Positions 19,053 to 29,408 of a DNA stretch of 61,380 nt are shown one piece after another; positions within the stretch are counted from its first letter, which is position 1, and each line of letters begins with the position of its first letter. The stretch is from an uncultured Bacteroidota bacterium (lineage in GTDB: Bacteria; Bacteroidota; Bacteroidia; Chitinophagales; LD1). The translations under genes and the position numbers were made by a program. The notes beneath the pieces are model-generated. The model was not told the DNA's origin, did no database searches, and saw only the letters and a program-made list of their open reading frames with translations. The stretch covers positions 1 through 61,380 of the forward strand of contig CAIXBT010000221.1 in the NCBI GenBank assembly GCA_903917755.1, in the 5' to 3' direction.

Positions 19053-19598
19053 TTACAGTGTCAGGCGGCTCTCTATATACTCTATAGCTGCTTCATAAGA
19101 AAAAACAAAAAGCCGCAATACGAAAGCCGCCGAAGTAAGACTAAAGATCACAACTCGTGTATGAACAGGTATATGCTCCTGAATATCAGAGATAAGTTTT
19201 GGACTTAGAGATGTGTAATTGACGATGATAAAAACCGAAACGGTAGAAACTATTGTGCCATAAAATGGCGTATTCATTTCTTCGATAAAAAAAGCAAAAG
19301 CATATAACATATTGATAGCGTATAGAAAACCTATACCCGTCATCGGCGATGCATATACTCCCGGATCTGCCAGCAGCAATGTGATATCAGACGCTCCAAT
19401 AAATACCACTGCAGTCAGAAGATCCTTTCCTATAGAATTGGTATAACTAAGTAGTAGGAAAAGAAAACCTAAGATGACATAAGCTATAAAAACTGAACTT
19501 ATACCTCCGAAATAATAGAAAATACCAGCCCAGGTCAAGGTGAAACCCGCTATAAAGACAATGTTCCTGCTTAAATATTTCAGAAAGTTATACGTCAT
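19053..19598 (-). CDS. Hypothetical polytopic membrane protein
   Basis: 181 aa, almost entirely hydrophobic helices, with no recognised motif. Confidence 0.5.
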   Translation of the reverse strand: MTYNFLKYLSRNIVFIAGFTLTWAGIFYYFGGISSVFIAYVILGFLFLLLSYTNSIGKDLLTAVVFIGASDITLLLADPGVYASPMTGIGFLYAINMLYAFAFFIEEMNTPFYGTIVSTVSVFIIVNYTSLSPKLISDIQEHIPVHTRVVIFSLTSAAFVLRLFVFSYEAAIEYIESRLTL

Positions 19599-19825
19599 AT
19601 ATTAAATGGTCAATGCCACAGATATATATTGTGACAATGTAATGAAATACGGGAGGGGGTTGTTAAATATAATAATTTTTTGAGTATCCATTAAATCTCA
19701 ATGATATATTAAATAGAACAGTAATTATCAGACCCCAAATGGACCCGATGCTCTTATTTTAGTTCTATTTTATTACAAAGTTATGCTTTAGGTGAGCATA
19801 AATGAGATAAAGATCAAGTGAGTAT

Positions 19826-20899
19826 TTACAGATCAAGTGGCCCAAACTTTTGCATGTATTCCGGACGTACTACCCAGCTTTGGGCATTGGGTTTTCTATA
19901 TACCAGCCACCAAAAAAAGAAAATGGTGGTTGTGATGATCATAAAGGTGATGCTCCACTCATTCAAGATACCACGCAGACTGATCAGTAATCCATCGTCC
20001 GCATATTTGCCGAATCCAAACAATGCCGGGATCCTGTACCAATAATAGCAGGAAACTCCCGCAGCTGAAAAACAACTGACCAGCACTCGTTGATTTTTGC
20101 TCTCCAAAATTTCTTTCAAGATCATGAACAGAAAGATCGTGATGCCCATACTGCAAAGCGGTATGGCATAAGCTTCGAAATAAATAAAAGGATTTTGCGG
20201 TCCGACATGGTCAGGCACATGAAACCATCCCCATATAAAACCCGGCAACCCGCCAATGGTCAGCAGCCCGCACAGCCTGTTGTATATATTCTTCTTAACC
20301 ATTCCGGGATGCATATTGGGTGTCGAATCGGGGCATGGCACAGTGCAATTCGCACACTGATCACAGTGTGCATTGGGGATAGAAAGGAAGGTATTGCCAC
20401 CGTATAATTTTTCGACCGGATGAACAGGACATAGAGACGAACACCATGCACTTTTCCAATCATACACAAAACCCATAGATATGCCTATGATAGCTGCTGA
20501 AAAAAGCAAAATGGCTGTAGCTATACCACTGTTATTAAACAAGAGATGGCGGAGAGGTACGATCAAATATAATGCAATGATGGCTACCAACTGGAGCTTA
20601 TTTTGTGTTAGGACCGGCATCTTCTTTCTTTGTGAAAGATCCAGATGACGAGGCAGCATGACGGTATTAGCCAGAGGGCAAACATTGCGCCATACGCCTG
20701 TAGCCACTACCAGCAACGCAGGAGCCACAGGGATCAATACATTCCAGAACAGTAATGTACCGATGGAGGGATAAAAGATCAAACAAAGAAAAATAGTAAG
20801 CCCGACCAACCAAACCAACACCTTTACAACACGCCAAATTAAGATCGATCGTGCCGACAATTGTTTGCCTGACTTGAATGTCTGCGCAGTAGTAGCCAT
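19826..20899 (-). CDS. Polytopic membrane protein with a 4Fe-4S ferredoxin-type cysteine cluster
   Basis: 357 aa with multiple TM helices. It carries CDQCANCTVPCP (CxxCxxCxxxCP) plus additional Cys motifs (CPLAN, WCSSLCPVHP). Confidence 0.6.
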   Translation of the reverse strand: MATTAQTFKSGKQLSARSILIWRVVKVLVWLVGLTIFLCLIFYPSIGTLLFWNVLIPVAPALLVVATGVWRNVCPLANTVMLPRHLDLSQRKKMPVLTQNKLQLVAIIALYLIVPLRHLLFNNSGIATAILLFSAAIIGISMGFVYDWKSAWCSSLCPVHPVEKLYGGNTFLSIPNAHCDQCANCTVPCPDSTPNMHPGMVKKNIYNRLCGLLTIGGLPGFIWGWFHVPDHVGPQNPFIYFEAYAIPLCSMGITIFLFMILKEILESKNQRVLVSCFSAAGVSCYYWYRIPALFGFGKYADDGLLISLRGILNEWSITFMIITTTIFFFWWLVYRKPNAQSWVVRPEYMQKFGPLDL

Positions 20900-21029
20900 G
20901 ACCTGAATGATTTTTTAAAAAAGATAAATACCAATGTATCTAACTATAGATGAAAAAAGCATGACCTACATCATGCTGCAGATACAACTATTATTTTAAC
21001 ACAGTGTTCTATTACTAAACCATAAAGTA

Positions 21030-22148
21030 TCAGGTCGTTTTTCTATAATTAAGTATAGCCCAGGTATTGAACACTATGCCTAAAAGAACAATGGCTAAAA
21101 AGTGTGGCATGATATCATGGAATGTGCTTCCCTTCAGTACTACCATTCGCATCACGGCAGCGAAGTGGCTCATCGGACTAAAGTATGACATTACTTTTCC
21201 CCACTCAGGCATACTATCGATAGAGGTAAATACACCGCTTATCATGTTGAAGATAAGCATAAAGAAGAATGCCAGCGAAACCGCCTGCTGCTGTGTGTCG
21301 GAGTAGGTCGATATTAGCAGTCCTGCTCCAAGCAGTGTGACAAGATACACAGACAGAAAACCATATAGCATAGGTATACTGCCCAGAGGCACGATGCCAT
21401 ATACAAAACGTGACACTAACATACCTATCGTAAATACGGTCATACCCAGCACCCAATATGGAATGAGTTTGCCCAGAATGAAGTGATATTTTCTGATCGG
21501 TGTGACATTGATCTGCTCGATGGTGCCGATCTCTTTTTCCTTCACGATATTAAGCGAAGCGGAGAATACACCGAGACCTGTGAGCAGCGAAACGATGAGG
21601 CCGGGGACCATAAAAAGAAAATAACTCATGAAGGGGTTATACCAGTTAGCCGGGACTATATCAATGGCAGGTGCATCACTGAAGCGGCTCGCATGTACCC
21701 ATTGTTGCCTTATGTCATTATTAAAGTCGGCTACGATAGCACCTAGATAGCCGCTGCCAATACCCGCCTTGGTGCCATTGATGGCGTTTACGGCGAGAAA
21801 GATCTGTTCATGGTCATCGCGTATCAGATTGTCTTCAAATCCATGAGGTATCTCAAGAATGATATCAGCTTTATTTTGCTCAATGAGCTTGCCGGCGGCA
21901 GAATAAGATGTAGTATAACTGCCACCACTGAAATATTTAGAAGCAAATATCTTGTCGATGAGTTTTCTCGAGTAAGATGAATGATCATGATCTACTACAG
22001 CCACAGCTATATTTTTAACCTCGTAGTTAGCTGCTAGAGGCATGAGTGTGAGCTGGATGATCGGCATCATGAGTATGCTGATCAGCAGTGATCTGCTGCG
22101 CAATATCTGCTTGAATTCTTTCTGCAGTAAAAATCTTAGTGTTCTCAT
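21030..22148 (-). CDS. ABC-2 type transporter permease
   Basis: 372 aa with an N-terminal TM, a large periplasmic loop and a C-terminal six-helix ABC-2 pattern. It is a paralogue of the adjacent ORF. Confidence 0.8.
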   Translation of the reverse strand: MRTLRFLLQKEFKQILRSRSLLISILMMPIIQLTLMPLAANYEVKNIAVAVVDHDHSSYSRKLIDKIFASKYFSGGSYTTSYSAAGKLIEQNKADIILEIPHGFEDNLIRDDHEQIFLAVNAINGTKAGIGSGYLGAIVADFNNDIRQQWVHASRFSDAPAIDIVPANWYNPFMSYFLFMVPGLIVSLLTGLGVFSASLNIVKEKEIGTIEQINVTPIRKYHFILGKLIPYWVLGMTVFTIGMLVSRFVYGIVPLGSIPMLYGFLSVYLVTLLGAGLLISTYSDTQQQAVSLAFFFMLIFNMISGVFTSIDSMPEWGKVMSYFSPMSHFAAVMRMVVLKGSTFHDIMPHFLAIVLLGIVFNTWAILNYRKTT

Positions 22149-23251
22149 GCCAGCCTTGTTTTAAAACTTCTAATATTAATACCGACCAGTACCAGCGTAA
22201 TAAAAGCCATGATCAGTGTCTCTCGCCATATAGACGCAAAGCCAAGACCTTCGAGCATCACAGCTTTTACGATCACATAATAATAATGCGAAGGTATGAG
22301 GTAAGAAACTACCTGCATGGCCACAGGCATATTCTCGATGGGAAACATAAAACCAGTCAAAAGCATCGTGGGCAGCATCAGGCTCATCTGTGAGGTCATC
22401 ATGGCCGACATCTGAGATTCCGCTCTGACTGATATGAGCAAACCTAGCGCGAGTGATGATATGATAAATAATGTGCTCTCTGCAAATAAAAGCACGATAC
22501 TTCCCTTGATGGCCAGATCGAGCAGATATACACTCATGAGCAGAATAGCGGTAAGGTTCAGCAATGAAATAAGCAAGTATGGGACTGTCTTAGCAATGAT
22601 AATGAGGTATGGTTTGAGCGGTGATACCAATAATACTTCCATTGTTCCCATTTCTTTTTCCTTCACTATCGCCACAGATGTCATCATGGCACAGATCAGC
22701 ATCAGCACCAGTGCCATCACACCGGGTACGAAATTTGGCGCACCAAGGAGTTCGGGATTATAGAGCATTCTCACTTCAGGTTTAATAGTATATGGCACCT
22801 TGCCAGTAGATATCATCTCGGTCTGAAAATCATTCAATATTGATGACAGATAACTGGTGAGTGTCGTAGCTGTGTTTGGATCTGAAGCATCTGCTATTAC
22901 TTGTATCTGAGCTTTGTTGAGATGTGAGAGATCGCTATAGAAATCTGCAGGAAAAATAACAGCCATTTTGATCTCTCCTGTCCTAAATGCAGCCTCTATC
23001 TGATCATGACTCATGGATGCTTTCTGCACGTTGAAATATCTGCTTGCCTCAATCTTGCGAATCACCTCCTGCGAAGCATAGTCTTTAGCATAATCGCAGA
23101 CTACGATCTTGGAATTTTTGATCTCGTTGGTCAATACGAAACCAAAAAGCAATACCTGTGCTATAGGCACTCCAAATAGCATAAGCAAGGTTTTTTTATC
23201 ACGAAAAACGTGGTAAAATTCCTTTCGGATGAATGCGAAAAATTGTTTCAT
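22145..23251 (-). CDS. ABC-2 type transporter permease
   Basis: 368 aa with the same architecture as 21030-22148 and a 4-bp overlap with it. Confidence 0.8.
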   Translation of the reverse strand: MKQFFAFIRKEFYHVFRDKKTLLMLFGVPIAQVLLFGFVLTNEIKNSKIVVCDYAKDYASQEVIRKIEASRYFNVQKASMSHDQIEAAFRTGEIKMAVIFPADFYSDLSHLNKAQIQVIADASDPNTATTLTSYLSSILNDFQTEMISTGKVPYTIKPEVRMLYNPELLGAPNFVPGVMALVLMLICAMMTSVAIVKEKEMGTMEVLLVSPLKPYLIIIAKTVPYLLISLLNLTAILLMSVYLLDLAIKGSIVLLFAESTLFIISSLALGLLISVRAESQMSAMMTSQMSLMLPTMLLTGFMFPIENMPVAMQVVSYLIPSHYYYVIVKAVMLEGLGFASIWRETLIMAFITLVLVGINIRSFKTRLA

Positions 23252-23275
23252 GATAAACTTATTTATTCATTTTGA

Positions 23276-24031
23276 TCAGTCTCCGGACCTTTTGGCTTCA
23301 CGGGCCAGTTGGTAAAAGACTTTATTCATAGAATCCACATTGAATTGTTTTTTGAGATTTGATGGTGTATCTAATGCATCTATACGACCATCCACCATCA
23401 CCGAAACGCGATTACAATATTCAGCCTCGTCCATATAGTGTGTAGTGACGAATACTGTAATGCCACTGTCAGCTGCTTCATAGATCAGATCCCAAAACTG
23501 TCGACGAGTGACAGGGTCCACACCGCCCGTAGGCTCATCCAGAAAAACTATTTTAGGTTGATGTATCACCGCTACCGAAAAAGATAGTTTCTGTCGCCAA
23601 CCCAATGGAAGAGATGCCACATAGGTTTTTGCCTCATGCGTTATCCCCAGTCTGTCCAATAATTTTGCTCCTCTTTCTTTGATCTCCCGGTCAGACAAAC
23701 CATATATACCTGCATAAAAAGTAATGTTTTCCATCACGGTCAGGTCTTCATACAAAGAGAATTTTTGACTCATATAGCCGATATTCTTTTTGATCTTCTC
23801 GGCTTCTTTATATACATCGAATCCGGCTACAGTAGCCGCACCGGAGGTAGGTCGCGACAAGCCACATAGGATCCGCATAGCGGTGGTTTTGCCTGCGCCA
23901 TTTGCCCCTACGAAGCCGAATATTTCGCCTTGCCTGACATCGAATGTGATAGCATCCACAGCGGTGAAATCATCAAAGCGTTTGGTCAGTTTGTCTGCCT
24001 GTATTGCTATATTATCCATGTGCGGGTTCAC
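23276..24031 (-). CDS. ABC transporter ATP-binding protein
   Basis: Walker A GANGAGKTT, a degenerate signature region (LPLGWRQKLS) and Walker B IVFLDEPT. Confidence 0.9.
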   Translation of the reverse strand: MNPHMDNIAIQADKLTKRFDDFTAVDAITFDVRQGEIFGFVGANGAGKTTAMRILCGLSRPTSGAATVAGFDVYKEAEKIKKNIGYMSQKFSLYEDLTVMENITFYAGIYGLSDREIKERGAKLLDRLGITHEAKTYVASLPLGWRQKLSFSVAVIHQPKIVFLDEPTGGVDPVTRRQFWDLIYEAADSGITVFVTTHYMDEAEYCNRVSVMVDGRIDALDTPSNLKKQFNVDSMNKVFYQLAREAKRSGD

Positions 24032-24938
24032 TTATCTTGATGAAATAATCTTCGATACCAGCCTGTATCTCTTTGATCTCAAGGTTGGTGTGACCGATAT
24101 TGTTGAGATACTCATTTAGCCTGGTCACATTGCCGTCATTATCTTCCCTGAAGGTCAGGTGCATTGAATCTCCAAAAGTGAAACAGCTCAATGTGTCGGG
24201 ATAGCTACGAAGATCTTTGAGCAACTTATGCATATTCAGAGAGTGTACTGCATACATCCTGCCCGGATATTTTTTCATGGTATTCTCGGAGGAATCAATA
24301 GAGAGTATCTTGCCATCCTGTATCAGTGCTATTCTGTCGCATAGAACTGCTTCATCCATATATGGGGTAGAGACCAAGATAGTGATACCCTGATGCTTCA
24401 GTCGCTTCAGCATCTCCCAAAACTCAACACGAGACACTGCATCCACACCGGTAGTAGGCTCATCGAGAAAAAGAACTTTAGGCTTATGGATCAGCGCGCA
24501 ACAGAGGGCTAGTTTCTGCTTCATTCCACCCGAAAGTTTTCCGGCGCGACGAGTTTTAAAAGGTTCAATCTGTATGTAAATGTCTTTGATCAGTTCATAA
24601 TTTTCCTCAATGGTGGTTTCGAATATGGTAGCAAAGAATTTCAGGTTCTCTTCGACTGACAGGTCCTGATACAGAGAAAATTTGCCGGGCATATAGCCGA
24701 TACAATTGCGGATCTCCTTATACTGATCTACTATATCAAAACCCGCTACCGTACCACTGCCCCCGTCAGGCAATAGCAATGTGGTCAGGACCCGGAAGAT
24801 GCTGGTCTTGCCTGCTCCGTCTGGGCCAATCAGACCAAACATCTCGCCTTCAGCCACAGTGAAGGTAGCCTTATCGACTGCCAGCACCTTGCCTTTGTTA
24901 TAAGTTTTGGTGATATTATCCAGTGTAATGGCATCCAT
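24012..24938 (-). CDS. ABC transporter ATP-binding protein (with C-terminal extension)
   Basis: Walker A GPDGAGKTS, signature LSGGMKQ and Walker B VLFLDEPT. 308 aa. Confidence 0.9.
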   Translation of the reverse strand: MDAITLDNITKTYNKGKVLAVDKATFTVAEGEMFGLIGPDGAGKTSIFRVLTTLLLPDGGSGTVAGFDIVDQYKEIRNCIGYMPGKFSLYQDLSVEENLKFFATIFETTIEENYELIKDIYIQIEPFKTRRAGKLSGGMKQKLALCCALIHKPKVLFLDEPTTGVDAVSRVEFWEMLKRLKHQGITILVSTPYMDEAVLCDRIALIQDGKILSIDSSENTMKKYPGRMYAVHSLNMHKLLKDLRSYPDTLSCFTFGDSMHLTFREDNDGNVTRLNEYLNNIGHTNLEIKEIQAGIEDYFIKISEPAHG

Positions 24939-24939
24939 C

Positions 24940-25836
24940 TTATTTGAATTTTATATCAGCATACATGCCTATTTTCAGATAGCCGTCATTTTTCACTCTG
25001 ATCTTTGTAGCCCAAACGAGATTAGCCCGTTCATCTTTTGTTTGTATGGTTTTAGGAGTAAATTCTGCCTTGTCACTTATCCATGTTACCTCACCTTCAT
25101 ACTCCCTGTATTTGTCAGCAGTACTGTCTATGAACACTCTGATCTTCTGACCTAGTTTGATCTGAGTAAACTGATCATCTGTCACATAAGCACGCAGCAG
25201 TAAACTTGAGACATCTGCTATCTTATAGAGCGGCTTGCCGGGAGAAGCTTCTTCATCCAACCTCGCATATTTAGCCAGCACAGTGCCATTGATAGGATTC
25301 ACCAGATAACATTTATTCAGCTGATCGTTGAGCTGTTGTATCAGTGCACGAAGCGGCACTGTTTCCTTATTGATGCTCTCAGTTGATATATCCAATGTAG
25401 ATAATTGTGCATCTATTTGCTTTTGAATTTGTGAGACCATGAATGTTTGGTCATCCAGCTGTTTTTGTGTAGCGGCATCGGCTTTAACGAGATTGGCTAT
25501 ACGTGTCTGCTCGTGTTGTGCATTTGCCAGTTGGACCTGCAGGGCTGCCACTTGTGTGGCTATATCAGGGCGTTTGCTGAGACCCGCCTGTATCTGAGCT
25601 TCAAGATTTTTTTTACTGAAATAGAGCTGTGCTGTATCAATAAAACCTATATACTCACCAGCCTTGAGGGTCTGGCCTTCTTCAATATTAAATTGTTTGA
25701 TCCTGCCTGAAGCTTCAGCAGAAATCACAGTTTCTTCGGTCTCAAAAGTACCAGATGCATCAAATTTAGATTTTGGTGTGCAGGAACTGAGCCAGATCAG
25801 TGCTGCCAAAGCCAGTAATGAAGTTCTTTTCATCAT
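24940..25836 (-). CDS. HlyD-family membrane fusion (periplasmic adaptor) protein
   Basis: 298 aa. Lipoprotein-like N-terminus (LSSCT), a coiled-coil hairpin middle, and beta-barrel ends typical of HlyD_D23 proteins. Confidence 0.8.
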   Translation of the reverse strand: MMKRTSLLALAALIWLSSCTPKSKFDASGTFETEETVISAEASGRIKQFNIEEGQTLKAGEYIGFIDTAQLYFSKKNLEAQIQAGLSKRPDIATQVAALQVQLANAQHEQTRIANLVKADAATQKQLDDQTFMVSQIQKQIDAQLSTLDISTESINKETVPLRALIQQLNDQLNKCYLVNPINGTVLAKYARLDEEASPGKPLYKIADVSSLLLRAYVTDDQFTQIKLGQKIRVFIDSTADKYREYEGEVTWISDKAEFTPKTIQTKDERANLVWATKIRVKNDGYLKIGMYADIKFK

Positions 25837-25856
25837 TGTTGATTTTATTGAATGAT

Positions 25857-27137
25857 TTAATTTCCGCTTGTATTTAAGTGATTATATTCTGCCTGTAATA
25901 GTTGTACCTGATGCAATATCAGATTCAGGCGCGCCTGTGCCTCTGCATCTACCTGCGTCAGATACTCATGCCCTGTGATAACACCATTCTGCAATTGTGA
26001 ATCGGAAGCATTTTTGACAGAAATACGCAGATCCACTATCTTCTGGTCATTTGCCACTAGTTCATTATATTTTCGAATTTCCTGATCATGCTGAGTTAAT
26101 GCAATCTTTGTATTGAAAAGGAAAGTTTCTTTCTGTATGTCAAGGTCACTTTGGTTCAACCCAAAAATGTACTTGTTATTTTTCCAAGTATATAATGCTG
26201 TAAGGCTCCAATTAAACCTGACTCCAGCTATCCAAAAGGTACCGAAATCGTTACTCACCGTATTTAATGTGGGCCTTCCATATGATGCATCAAAGTATGC
26301 GCTAATGAGCGGCATGAGACCTATTTGCATTTGCTTCGATTGAACCTCGTAAGTCTTTTTCTGAAGTTCATAGAGCATCAGTTCGGGCCTTTTGATATCA
26401 GAGCTGATTGTCGGTGCCTTAGGTTTTATCAGTTGTGCGTTCTCATCGAGTTGCTGATTGGTCAGCAGGCCCAGCACCAATAGAAATGATCTGCGAGAGC
26501 TGTTTAGTTCCATACGGTTCTGCTGTACCTGCATGAGTTGAGCTTTCAGTTCATCTACACTACTTCTGTATGCTGTACCGTTATTGACGAGTGCCTGGGT
26601 TTTATCGATCCCATTTTGAATATCATTCTGCTGAATGGAATTTTGCAATAATTCCTGATCAATGAGCAACACTCCGAAATATACTTGATTAACTCGGTCA
26701 CGCAGCGCATATAAATTCACCTCAAGGCTTTGTTCCTGAATGGCTGCCTGAGTTTGCGCATTTTCCTTTTTGAATCTGCTGGCCTCACCATCGAAAATCG
26801 TTTGATTGATCTCTCCAGTCAGCCGGTACTGATCCTTGCTGTATGTCGGGAATTTCATATTCGCAAATAAGGGATTTGAAGCAAGGCTTCCGAATGCATC
26901 TGCGAAATTAGTGGTCTCTGACTGATACGTAGCCTGCCCTGTCACAATCACCTGGGGGATATAGCCACGCCATGCATTGTGTATAGTGAAATCCTTTGTT
27001 TTTTGGATCAGGTCATGCTGCTTGAGCAATGGATAATTCTGACGTGCCAGATTGTAACACTGCTCAATCGTCAATGATTTCTGGGCAGATAAATGAAGGG
27101 CTCCCGCAAGGAATATGATAGTAATAATGCGTTTCAT
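25857..27137 (-). CDS. TolC-family outer membrane efflux protein
   Basis: 426 aa with a signal peptide. LTIEQCYNLARQNYPLLKQ is the typical TolC/OEP start, and the helical architecture is duplicated. Confidence 0.8.
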   Translation of the reverse strand: MKRIITIIFLAGALHLSAQKSLTIEQCYNLARQNYPLLKQHDLIQKTKDFTIHNAWRGYIPQVIVTGQATYQSETTNFADAFGSLASNPLFANMKFPTYSKDQYRLTGEINQTIFDGEASRFKKENAQTQAAIQEQSLEVNLYALRDRVNQVYFGVLLIDQELLQNSIQQNDIQNGIDKTQALVNNGTAYRSSVDELKAQLMQVQQNRMELNSSRRSFLLVLGLLTNQQLDENAQLIKPKAPTISSDIKRPELMLYELQKKTYEVQSKQMQIGLMPLISAYFDASYGRPTLNTVSNDFGTFWIAGVRFNWSLTALYTWKNNKYIFGLNQSDLDIQKETFLFNTKIALTQHDQEIRKYNELVANDQKIVDLRISVKNASDSQLQNGVITGHEYLTQVDAEAQARLNLILHQVQLLQAEYNHLNTSGN

Positions 27138-27168
27138 TTATAAAGTGTTTATTTCTTCTAATTGATAT

Positions 27169-27792
27169 TTATTGTGCTGTCATGATCGCCTTAAGCCATA
27201 TTGGCACTAGTTTCTTTCGCTCTTCCATCAATGCATCAAATTCATTTTTGTTGAACTTATTTACCTTCATCATGATGGGCTGAGCCACAAATGGGAAAAT
27301 GATCAGTCCCATAAAATTCATCATCATGTGCCCCATATTGGTCCTTGATATTTTCTTCTTCAGCAGCGTATCTTCCACACGCTTTATAAAGGCCGCACGC
27401 ACATTGGCCATTTTATCTTTCACGAACTGAAGTTTCGTTGAGTCGCTTCTCATTTCATTCATGATAAAAAAGGGCAGATCGGGATTCTGTGTCAGCATAT
27501 CAATATAACTGCCAGTGACCTGAGTCAATATTTCATCGAGTGATAAACTTTCATCTCCTAATATTGGTATCAACTGCTGAACGAACTGGTCGAAATTTTC
27601 GATCATGATGATATCAAAAAGTTTCTCCTTGCTACGAAAATAATAATTGAGCAATGCCAAATTGATACCTGCTTCTTCTGCTATATCACGGGTTTTGACA
27701 GCAGCAAAACCTTTTTCTGTAAAAAGCTTTCGTGCCGCCTGCTTTATTTTCTCCTCCGTAGAAACATCTGCCTTTAGCTTCTGCTTAGCCAT
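27169..27792 (-). CDS. TetR/AcrR family transcriptional regulator
   Basis: N-terminal HTH: AARKLFTEKGFAAVKTRDIAEEAGINLALLNYYFRSKEKLF. Confidence 0.9.
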   Translation of the reverse strand: MAKQKLKADVSTEEKIKQAARKLFTEKGFAAVKTRDIAEEAGINLALLNYYFRSKEKLFDIIMIENFDQFVQQLIPILGDESLSLDEILTQVTGSYIDMLTQNPDLPFFIMNEMRSDSTKLQFVKDKMANVRAAFIKRVEDTLLKKKISRTNMGHMMMNFMGLIIFPFVAQPIMMKVNKFNKNEFDALMEERKKLVPIWLKAIMTAQ

Positions 27793-27833
27793 ATATTAAA
27801 ATTAAAGACGATGCAAATGTAAGCATATTTTAG

Positions 27834-27857
27834 TGATTTAAACAAATATTTTAATCA
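27834..27857. promoter_or_regulatory. Candidate TetR operator (imperfect palindrome) upstream of the efflux operon
   Basis: TGATTTAAACAAATATTTTAATCA has 9 of 11 symmetric pairs and lies about 40 bp upstream of the TetR start. A related TGATTAAAT follows at 27859-27867. Confidence 0.2.
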
Positions 27858-27918
27858 AATGATTAAATCTGTGACAAAACCCATTGGCCGAAGAAACTAT
27901 CAATAAAAAAGGTGTAAA

Positions 27919-29388
27919 TTAAAATTGAAAATATATGAAAGGCTGAATGTCTGAGCCTTTGACCTGAATAACTATGACTACCACGATGGCCATAGCTACA
28001 ACCTTGGCTGCGAGAGGCATCCGATATACCCAATCACGTGCCTGAAGCTCAATACTTTTAGGAGTGAAATGAAGGATATATCCCATCAGCATTACTAGCA
28101 GAACGGTTTTATAACCGGTGATGAAATTCCAGAAGATTCCTGGTGTAAAATGCAATGCTATCTGTGAGATCACCCCCTCCGCCACCTGCATATTATCAGC
28201 CCGGAAAAATATCCAACAGAAACAAACAAAGTGGAATGTAAAGAGGATACCAAGTACCTTGGTCAATGGGTTTTTAGGTATGTGTATATACTCTCGCACT
28301 GCCTTGTCGATACCAAGTGCCACTCCATGCAGTGCCCCCCAAAGAATAAAGCGAAATGCTGCTCCGTGCCAAAGCCCGCCGAGCAGCATGGTGATGAATT
28401 GATTAAGGTAGGTGCGGAAACGCCCGTTGCGATTTCCTCCGAGCGAAATGTAGAGATAATCTCGCAGCCAAGTAGAGAGAGATATATGCCACCGGCGCCA
28501 GAACTCAGTGACACTCGATGACTGATATGGGGAATCGAAATTGAGACAAAGCCGATAGCCAAACAGAAGTGCTATACCTATGGCCATATCACTGTATCCG
28601 CTGAAATCACAGTATATCTGCAATGCATATCCATAGACCCCGAAGAGATTTTCGAGACCGGAATATAGTGTCGGACTATCAAAGATCCTATCCACAAAAT
28701 TTGCGCTGATATAATCTGATATGATAGCCTTTTTGAAAAGCCCCGATATAAGCAGAAACATTCCTTCACCAAACATGGCCCGGGTAACGATGGTAGGCAT
28801 ACTGATCTGTGGAATGAAATCACGTGCCCGCACAATAGGCCCTGCCACCAGCTGAGGAAAGAACGACACAAAGAAGGCATAATCAAGCATACGCTTCACA
28901 GGTTTCAGTTCGCCCCAATATATATCAATGGTATAGCTGAGCGACTGGAATGTAAAGAAGGATACTCCTACCGGAAGGAATATCTGAAATGGGCTGAAAT
29001 GGGATCCAGATGCTGCACAAAAAATTTCATAAAGAAAATTTGTGTACTTGAAATAACCTAATAATCCGAGATTAAGAACAAGGCTGAATATAAGCAATGC
29101 CTGACGCTGCCTACCTTTCGGAGCATTAGCCATGATATTGGCAAGGTTGTAATCGACCACGGTAGAAAGTATGAGCAGCAGAAAATATATACCACTCGAC
29201 TTGTAGTAAAAATAGTATGAGAAAAGAATAACATAAAGCAATTTGACATTATGCTTGCGATGCAGCAGATAAAAAATGCTGATAAAACCCATGAACATAA
29301 ACAGAAATAAACCTGAACTGAAGATCAGAGGGTGCTTCGGTATGTAGATGAACTGCTCCAGCAGTTTATGGAAATCTATCGATGGCAT
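27919..29388 (-). CDS. MBOAT family O-acyltransferase (AlgI/DltB/PatA-like)
   Basis: 489 aa and polytopic, with the conserved FWRRWHISLSTWLRDYLYISLGGNR histidine motif. Confidence 0.9.
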   Translation of the reverse strand: MPSIDFHKLLEQFIYIPKHPLIFSSGLFLFMFMGFISIFYLLHRKHNVKLLYVILFSYYFYYKSSGIYFLLLILSTVVDYNLANIMANAPKGRQRQALLIFSLVLNLGLLGYFKYTNFLYEIFCAASGSHFSPFQIFLPVGVSFFTFQSLSYTIDIYWGELKPVKRMLDYAFFVSFFPQLVAGPIVRARDFIPQISMPTIVTRAMFGEGMFLLISGLFKKAIISDYISANFVDRIFDSPTLYSGLENLFGVYGYALQIYCDFSGYSDMAIGIALLFGYRLCLNFDSPYQSSSVTEFWRRWHISLSTWLRDYLYISLGGNRNGRFRTYLNQFITMLLGGLWHGAAFRFILWGALHGVALGIDKAVREYIHIPKNPLTKVLGILFTFHFVCFCWIFFRADNMQVAEGVISQIALHFTPGIFWNFITGYKTVLLVMLMGYILHFTPKSIELQARDWVYRMPLAAKVVAMAIVVVIVIQVKGSDIQPFIYFQF

Positions 29389-29408
29389 ATCGCTTCTTAT
29401 ATCGTTAT

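Noticed and set aside
27919-29388. Naming the MBOAT gene algI (alginate O-acetylase)
   Set aside because: No alginate biosynthesis genes (alg8/alg44/algG/algK/algE) are adjacent, so only the family assignment is supported.
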